A stretch of 27,803 nt of DNA from a virus (Duplodnaviria > Heunggongvirae > Uroviricota > Caudoviricetes): IMG/VR virus record IMGVR_UViG_2531839664_000018; one strand, written 5' to 3'. The position numbers and the translations under genes are program-made. The notes below the pieces were generated by a model. The model did not search any database. It was not told the DNA's origin and saw nothing but the letters and a program-made list of their open reading frames with translations. Shown here in pieces: positions 23,370 to 27,803 of this stretch (positions are counted from its first letter, which is position 1; every line of letters begins with the position of its first letter).

Positions 23370-25841
23370 ATGAGTAAAGTCTTTATTTGCGCCGCCATTC
23401 CGGACGAACAGGCAATAAAGGAAGAAGGTGCAGTTGCTGTAGCCACTGCCATTGAAGCCGGTGACGAACGCCGCGCCCGTGCCAAATTTACCTGGCAATT
23501 CCTGGAGCAATATCCGGCTGCTCAGGACTGCGCTTATAAATTTCTTATCTGCGAGGATAAACCCGGCATGCCCCGCCCTGCTATCGACTCCTGGGATACC
23601 GAATATATGCAGGAAAACCGCTGGGATGAGGAATCCGCTTCCTTTATTCCGGTCGAACCAGAATCCGAACCGATGAACGTCAATTTTGACAAACTGTCCC
23701 TTGAAGTACAGAACGCTGTCATGGTTAAGTTCGACACATGTGAAAACATCACCGTTGATATGGTGATTAGCGCGCAGGAATTGTTGCAGGAAGACATGGC
23801 AACATTCGACGGACATATCGTTGAAGCGTTGATGAAAATGCCAGAAGTTAACGCCATGTATCCGGAGCTTAAGCTGCATGCCATCGGGTGGGTTAAGCAT
23901 AAATGTAAGCCTGGTGCCAAATGGCCCGAAATTCAGGCAGAGATGCGCATCTGGAAAAAACGTCGCGAAGGTGAACGCAAGGAAACCGGAAAATACACGT
24001 CTGTTGTTGATCTCGCCCGCGCCAGAGCCAATCAACAGAACACTGAAAATTCAACAGGAAAAATCAGCCCGGTCATTGCTGCCACTCATCGCGAATACAA
24101 GCAGACATGGAAAACACTGGATGACGAACTGGCCTACGCTCTCTGGCCTGGTGATGTGGATGCCGGAAACATTGACGGCAGCATCCATCGCTGGGCAAAA
24201 AAAGAAGTTATCGACAACGACCGCGAAGACTGGAAGCGTATCTCGGCATCAATGCGCAAACAGCCTGATGCCCTTCGCTACGACCGCCAGACTATTTTTG
24301 GCCTTGTCCGTGAACGTCCGATCGACATTCACAAAGATCCTGTGGCACTGAACAAATACATTACTGAATACCTGACTACAAAGGGCGTGTTTGAAGATGA
24401 AGGAAGAAATCAGAGCGCAACTGATACTCTCTCGTCGCCAGTACCAGAAACTGATGCAGTGGAAACGGCAATTCCGGACAACGAAAAAACCGAATGCAAA
24501 GTGGAAGTCGAACCATCTGTAGAGCGTGAAGGGCCGTTCTACTTCCTCTTCACCGACAAGGATAGCGAAAAATACGGTCGCGCAAACAAACTTTCTGGTC
24601 TGGATAAGGCACTGGCTGCAGGGGCTACTGAAATCACGAAAGAAGAATATTTCGCCCGAAAAAATGGCACATACACAGGCTTACCGCAAAATGCAAATAC
24701 CGCACAAAATTCTGAACAACCAGAACCGGTAAAAGTTACCGCTGACGAAGTAAAGAAAATTATGCAGGCAGCCAATATCAGCCAGCCTGACGCCAATCAG
24801 TTGCTCGCCGCATCACGTGGTGAATTTGTTGCAGGGATTAGCGACCCGAATGATCCGAAATGGGTGAAGGGGATTGAAACCCGCGATTCTGTGAACCAGA
24901 ACCAGCAAGAAACGGAACAGAACGACCAGAAAGCGGAACAAAACAGCCCAAATACGCAACAAAACGAGCCAGAAACGAAACTACCTGAACCAGTAGTGCA
25001 ACAGGAAGTGGAAAAAGTCTGCACCGCCTGCGGTCAGACCGGCGGCGGCAACTGCCCTGATTGTGGCGCGGTGATGGGCGACGCTACATACCAGGAAACA
25101 TTCGATGAAGAGTATCAGGTTGAAGTTCAGGAAGATGATCCGGAGGAAATGGAAGGCGCTGAACATCCACACAAGGAGAACACTGGCGGCAATCAGCATC
25201 ACGATAGCGATAATGAAACTGGCGAGACGGCAGATCACCCAATTAAGGTGAACGGTCATCAAGAAATCACATCCACCAGCAGGACGTGTGACCATCTAAT
25301 GATCGACCTTGAAACCATGGGAAAAAATCCTGATGCCCCGATCATCTCAATAGGTGCAATATTTTTCGATCCGCAAACCGGAGATATGGGACCGGAATTT
25401 AGTAAGACTATCGATCTGGAAACTGCTGGCGGAGTCATTGATCGGGACACCATTAAATGGTGGCTTAAGCAATCACGCGAAGCGCAATCTGCCATTATGA
25501 CCGATGAAATCCCGTTAGATGATGCACTGTTACAATTGCGGGAATTTATCGACGAAAACTCCGGTGAATTTTTTGTTCAGGTCTGGGGAAATGGAGCCAA
25601 CTTCGACAACACGATTTTGCGCCGTTCATACGAACGGCAGGGGATCCCCTGCCCGTGGCGTTACTACAACGATCGCGATGTACGCACAATCGTTGAGCTG
25701 GGGAAAGCCATAGACTTCGATGCCAGAACGGCTATTCCATTCGAAGGTGAGCGCCATAATGCACTTGATGACGCCCGTTACCAGGCAAAATACGTTTCAG
25801 TTATCTGGCAAAAACTGATCCCGAGTCAGGCTGATTTTTAA
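23370..25841 (+). CDS. Large prophage exonuclease (823 aa) with C-terminal DEDDh (DnaQ-like) 3'-5' exonuclease domain
   Basis: C-terminal motifs MIDLETMG (Exo I), WGNGANFD (Exo II), HNALDDARYQ (Exo III); central Q/E-rich low-complexity region and zinc ribbon CTACGQTGGGNCPDCGA; segment LLAASRGEFVAGISDPNDPKWVKGIETRD recalls RecE-like proteins. Confidence 0.8.
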   Translation: MSKVFICAAIPDEQAIKEEGAVAVATAIEAGDERRARAKFTWQFLEQYPAAQDCAYKFLICEDKPGMPRPAIDSWDTEYMQENRWDEESASFIPVEPESEPMNVNFDKLSLEVQNAVMVKFDTCENITVDMVISAQELLQEDMATFDGHIVEALMKMPEVNAMYPELKLHAIGWVKHKCKPGAKWPEIQAEMRIWKKRREGERKETGKYTSVVDLARARANQQNTENSTGKISPVIAATHREYKQTWKTLDDELAYALWPGDVDAGNIDGSIHRWAKKEVIDNDREDWKRISASMRKQPDALRYDRQTIFGLVRERPIDIHKDPVALNKYITEYLTTKGVFEDEGRNQSATDTLSSPVPETDAVETAIPDNEKTECKVEVEPSVEREGPFYFLFTDKDSEKYGRANKLSGLDKALAAGATEITKEEYFARKNGTYTGLPQNANTAQNSEQPEPVKVTADEVKKIMQAANISQPDANQLLAASRGEFVAGISDPNDPKWVKGIETRDSVNQNQQETEQNDQKAEQNSPNTQQNEPETKLPEPVVQQEVEKVCTACGQTGGGNCPDCGAVMGDATYQETFDEEYQVEVQEDDPEEMEGAEHPHKENTGGNQHHDSDNETGETADHPIKVNGHQEITSTSRTCDHLMIDLETMGKNPDAPIISIGAIFFDPQTGDMGPEFSKTIDLETAGGVIDRDTIKWWLKQSREAQSAIMTDEIPLDDALLQLREFIDENSGEFFVQVWGNGANFDNTILRRSYERQGIPCPWRYYNDRDVRTIVELGKAIDFDARTAIPFEGERHNALDDARYQAKYVSVIWQKLIPSQADF

Positions 25842-25902
25842 TGTTCAACCGTCGCCAGTTGTCGTTGGTATTCTGCAACTGGCGCGTTCCGGAGTGATAG
25901 CC

Positions 25903-26172
25903 ATGAGCGAACAGTACCTGATAACGCTCGATGAGTGGAAGCCAAAACGGTTCAGTCTCCCAATAACAAACACTACCCTGGTGAAATACGGAAAACTAGG
26001 ATACATCGTTCCAAGACCACAAAAAATTCGTGGGCGTTGGCTGATAGATCGCCGAGCAGTATTTGTTGGACCTGGTGAAACAGGAATTGCGCCGGAAATT
26101 CATACTGGCGATGATGATGCACTGAAGGAGATTTTAACTCATGTCACCGAGGCCACGAAAAAACAGCACTGA
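25903..26172 (+). CDS. Putative excisionase-like protein
   Basis: 89 aa from ATG 25903 (GGAG RBS); 3' end overlaps the integrase start by 32 nt; identity by position and size only. Confidence 0.45.
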   Translation: MSEQYLITLDEWKPKRFSLPITNTTLVKYGKLGYIVPRPQKIRGRWLIDRRAVFVGPGETGIAPEIHTGDDDALKEILTHVTEATKKQH

Positions 26173-27259
26173 CGTAGCCGGACTTTACGAAAAATTTGAT
26201 CGCAGAACTGGCAGAGTTTACTACCAGTATAAAAACCCTGTGACTGGAAAATTTCACGGGCTCGGAACAGACAAAGGTAAGGCAGAAAAAATCGCTTCCA
26301 CAGCCAATCAGCGAATAGCTGCAGCAGAGGCTGAATATTTCATGCGCAAAATTGATGAAAGTCCGTCAGCAACAAAGCGTCGGGGTATCAGATTAAAGGC
26401 ATGGGTTGATCGATATCTGAAAATACAGGACACGCGACTGAAAAATGGAGATATTGCAGCTACAACTCACAAAGAAAAAGCCCGAATGGCTGCATACCTG
26501 GTTTCCCGTCTGGGAAACCACCCATTGAAAGAACTGGAAGTAAGAGACTTTGCATTAATACTGGATGAGTGGCTGGATAAAGACATGGTCAGCACAGCGA
26601 GAGTAAATCGTGGATTATGGGTTGATATTTATAAAGAAGCACAGCATGCAGGGGAAGTTCCTCCTGGATGGAATCCTCCGGAGGCTACCCGTAAACCGAT
26701 CCCTAAAGTAACTAGAGCCAGGCTCACCCTGGAAGACTGGCAAAAAATTTACAACGCAACGCCTGAAAAACACTTTATCCGTAACGCAATGCTTCTTGCG
26801 ATTGTTACTGGTCAGCGCCGTGATGACATTTGCCACATGCGTTTTTCAGATGTGTGGAACGAACACTTGCATATCACCCAGGGAAAAACCGGAATGCGTC
26901 TGGCGTTACCGCTTACACTACGCTGTGATGCCATTGGGATAACGTTAAAAGAAGTTATTGATGGGTGCCGAGACAGAATATTAAGTCCATATCTAATCCA
27001 TAGTCGGCACCAGAAACAACCAAAGCCGATGAGTAAAGACAACCTGAGCGACTACTTTGCCAAAGCACGGGATCTGGCTGGGATAACTCCACCAGCAGGA
27101 AAAACTCCGCCAACATTTCATGAACAACGCTCCCTGTCAGAACGACTGTACCGCACGCAGGGTATTGATACAAAAACATTACTGGGACATAAAGTCCAGG
27201 CAACCACCGATCGTTATAACGATACTCGTGGTCAGGAATGGGTTAAATTGGTTGTTTGA
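26141..27259 (+). CDS. int: Phage integrase, tyrosine recombinase family
   Basis: 372 aa; C-terminal catalytic region with conserved R (TGQRRDD), HxxR (HEQR) and Y near the end (TDRYNDTRGQEW); N-terminal arm-binding-like domain. Confidence 0.9.
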   Translation: MSPRPRKNSTDVAGLYEKFDRRTGRVYYQYKNPVTGKFHGLGTDKGKAEKIASTANQRIAAAEAEYFMRKIDESPSATKRRGIRLKAWVDRYLKIQDTRLKNGDIAATTHKEKARMAAYLVSRLGNHPLKELEVRDFALILDEWLDKDMVSTARVNRGLWVDIYKEAQHAGEVPPGWNPPEATRKPIPKVTRARLTLEDWQKIYNATPEKHFIRNAMLLAIVTGQRRDDICHMRFSDVWNEHLHITQGKTGMRLALPLTLRCDAIGITLKEVIDGCRDRILSPYLIHSRHQKQPKPMSKDNLSDYFAKARDLAGITPPAGKTPPTFHEQRSLSERLYRTQGIDTKTLLGHKVQATTDRYNDTRGQEWVKLVV

Positions 27260-27302
27260 CGAAATAAATGCAGCTGAAAAATGTTGATATTGCTTTGCTA
27301 GT

Positions 27303-27327
27303 GTAAAAACCCCGGCATCAACCGGGG
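27303..27327 (-). terminator. Rho-independent terminator for the minus-strand gene at the window end
   Basis: On the minus strand CCCCGG-ttgatg-CCGGGG followed by TTTTT, 8 nt after the stop at 27336. Confidence 0.55.
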
Positions 27328-27335
27328 TTCGGAGA

Positions 27336-27803
27336 CTAATCTTGATCAGGTTCCTGCTTAGAATAATGTTTTCCAACAATAAATGCCGTAACCAATGCAA
27401 CAAGATCTATTGAAACGAGAGTTCCGGCAAGAACTGTCTCCCCCATGACGCCAAAGACAGTGGCAGCTAAGATGATCAATATTGCCAACCAAAAAGCCTT
27501 TGTTTGACCATCTCTGGCAATATCAATGCTATCAGCCACTGTTTTATGGCGATGAGCCTGCTCTTTTTCGGTCAACTCAACAAGTCGATTTGCAAGCCCA
27601 GGCACCAGTTGATCATACTTTTTAAGCATTGAAGGTGGCGGAACAGGCCCCTGAAAATGCTGGCAAACAATAGCCCGCACCTGCGGACTATCCAAAACCC
27701 TGTTTAAGACCTCTGGATTTTCGATTACTCGAGAAACCAGTTCATTATCCTTTTGTTCTTCACAAGTGAGTTTGGTGTTCTCACTTTCTTTTTGATCTGG
27801 CAT
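27336..27803 (-). CDS. Membrane-anchored hypothetical protein (DUF2335-like); start at or beyond window edge
   Basis: 155-aa ORF beginning at the last window base; C-terminal TM segments AFWLAILIILAATVFGVMG and LVSIDLVALVTAFIVG; probably outside the prophage. Confidence 0.5.
   Translation of the reverse strand: MPDQKESENTKLTCEEQKDNELVSRVIENPEVLNRVLDSPQVRAIVCQHFQGPVPPPSMLKKYDQLVPGLANRLVELTEKEQAHRHKTVADSIDIARDGQTKAFWLAILIILAATVFGVMGETVLAGTLVSIDLVALVTAFIVGKHYSKQEPDQD

Noticed and set aside
23352-24035. Minus-strand 227-aa ORF
   Set aside because: Lies entirely antisense within the 823-aa exonuclease gene; no RBS or recognisable motifs.
1-27803. CRISPR arrays, retrons or restriction-modification pairs
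   Set aside because: No spaced direct-repeat arrays, no reverse-transcriptase-like ORF and no endonuclease next to the methyltransferase were seen on either strand.

Overview
This window reads as a degraded lambdoid prophage of an Escherichia/Shigella-type genome, about 26 kb, with late and early genes on the minus strand and the recombination arm on the plus strand. Order from left to right: a partial IS3-family element (1-1017); a Rz/Rz1 spanin pair, a SAR-type endolysin and a phage-21-like pinholin, with an IS629-like element (3456-4763) inserted 3 bp after the pinholin stop; a frameshifted nanS-p-like esterase pseudogene; a TerB-family gene with an in-frame amber stop sitting where Stx phages carry stx; three minus-strand tRNAs (Ile-CAU, Arg-UCG, Arg-UCU); an orphan DNA methyltransferase; a lambda-like pR'/tR' late control region and a Q-like antiterminator; RusA; a DUF968 protein; a BOF/YgiW protein; a Hok-family toxin; a DUF551 protein; an IS66-family element (15118-17826) with perfect 8-bp target duplications splitting a small phage gene; replication and cII/cro-like genes; a divergent immunity region with repeated operator motifs; a PaaR-PaaA-ParE-like three-gene toxin-antitoxin operon; a 1.3-kb ORF-poor structured region; then Kil-like, a large DEDDh exonuclease, excisionase and integrase (26141-27259). 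No head/tail genes, no stx and no CRISPR lie in the window. Three transposable elements and pseudogenes (nanS-p, TerB-like, IS629 orfB, the IS66-split gene) indicate decay. Nothing here can be called a fully new system with confidence; the best candidates for under-described biology are the immunity-region accessory locus (TA operon, zinc-ribbon gene, structured non-coding stretch), the tandem sRNA-like units antisense to the late operon, several small hydrophobic ORFs with good ribosome-binding sites below the ORF-track cutoff, and the RecT-less exonuclease. All family assignments are from motif recognition and recall, not database searches.
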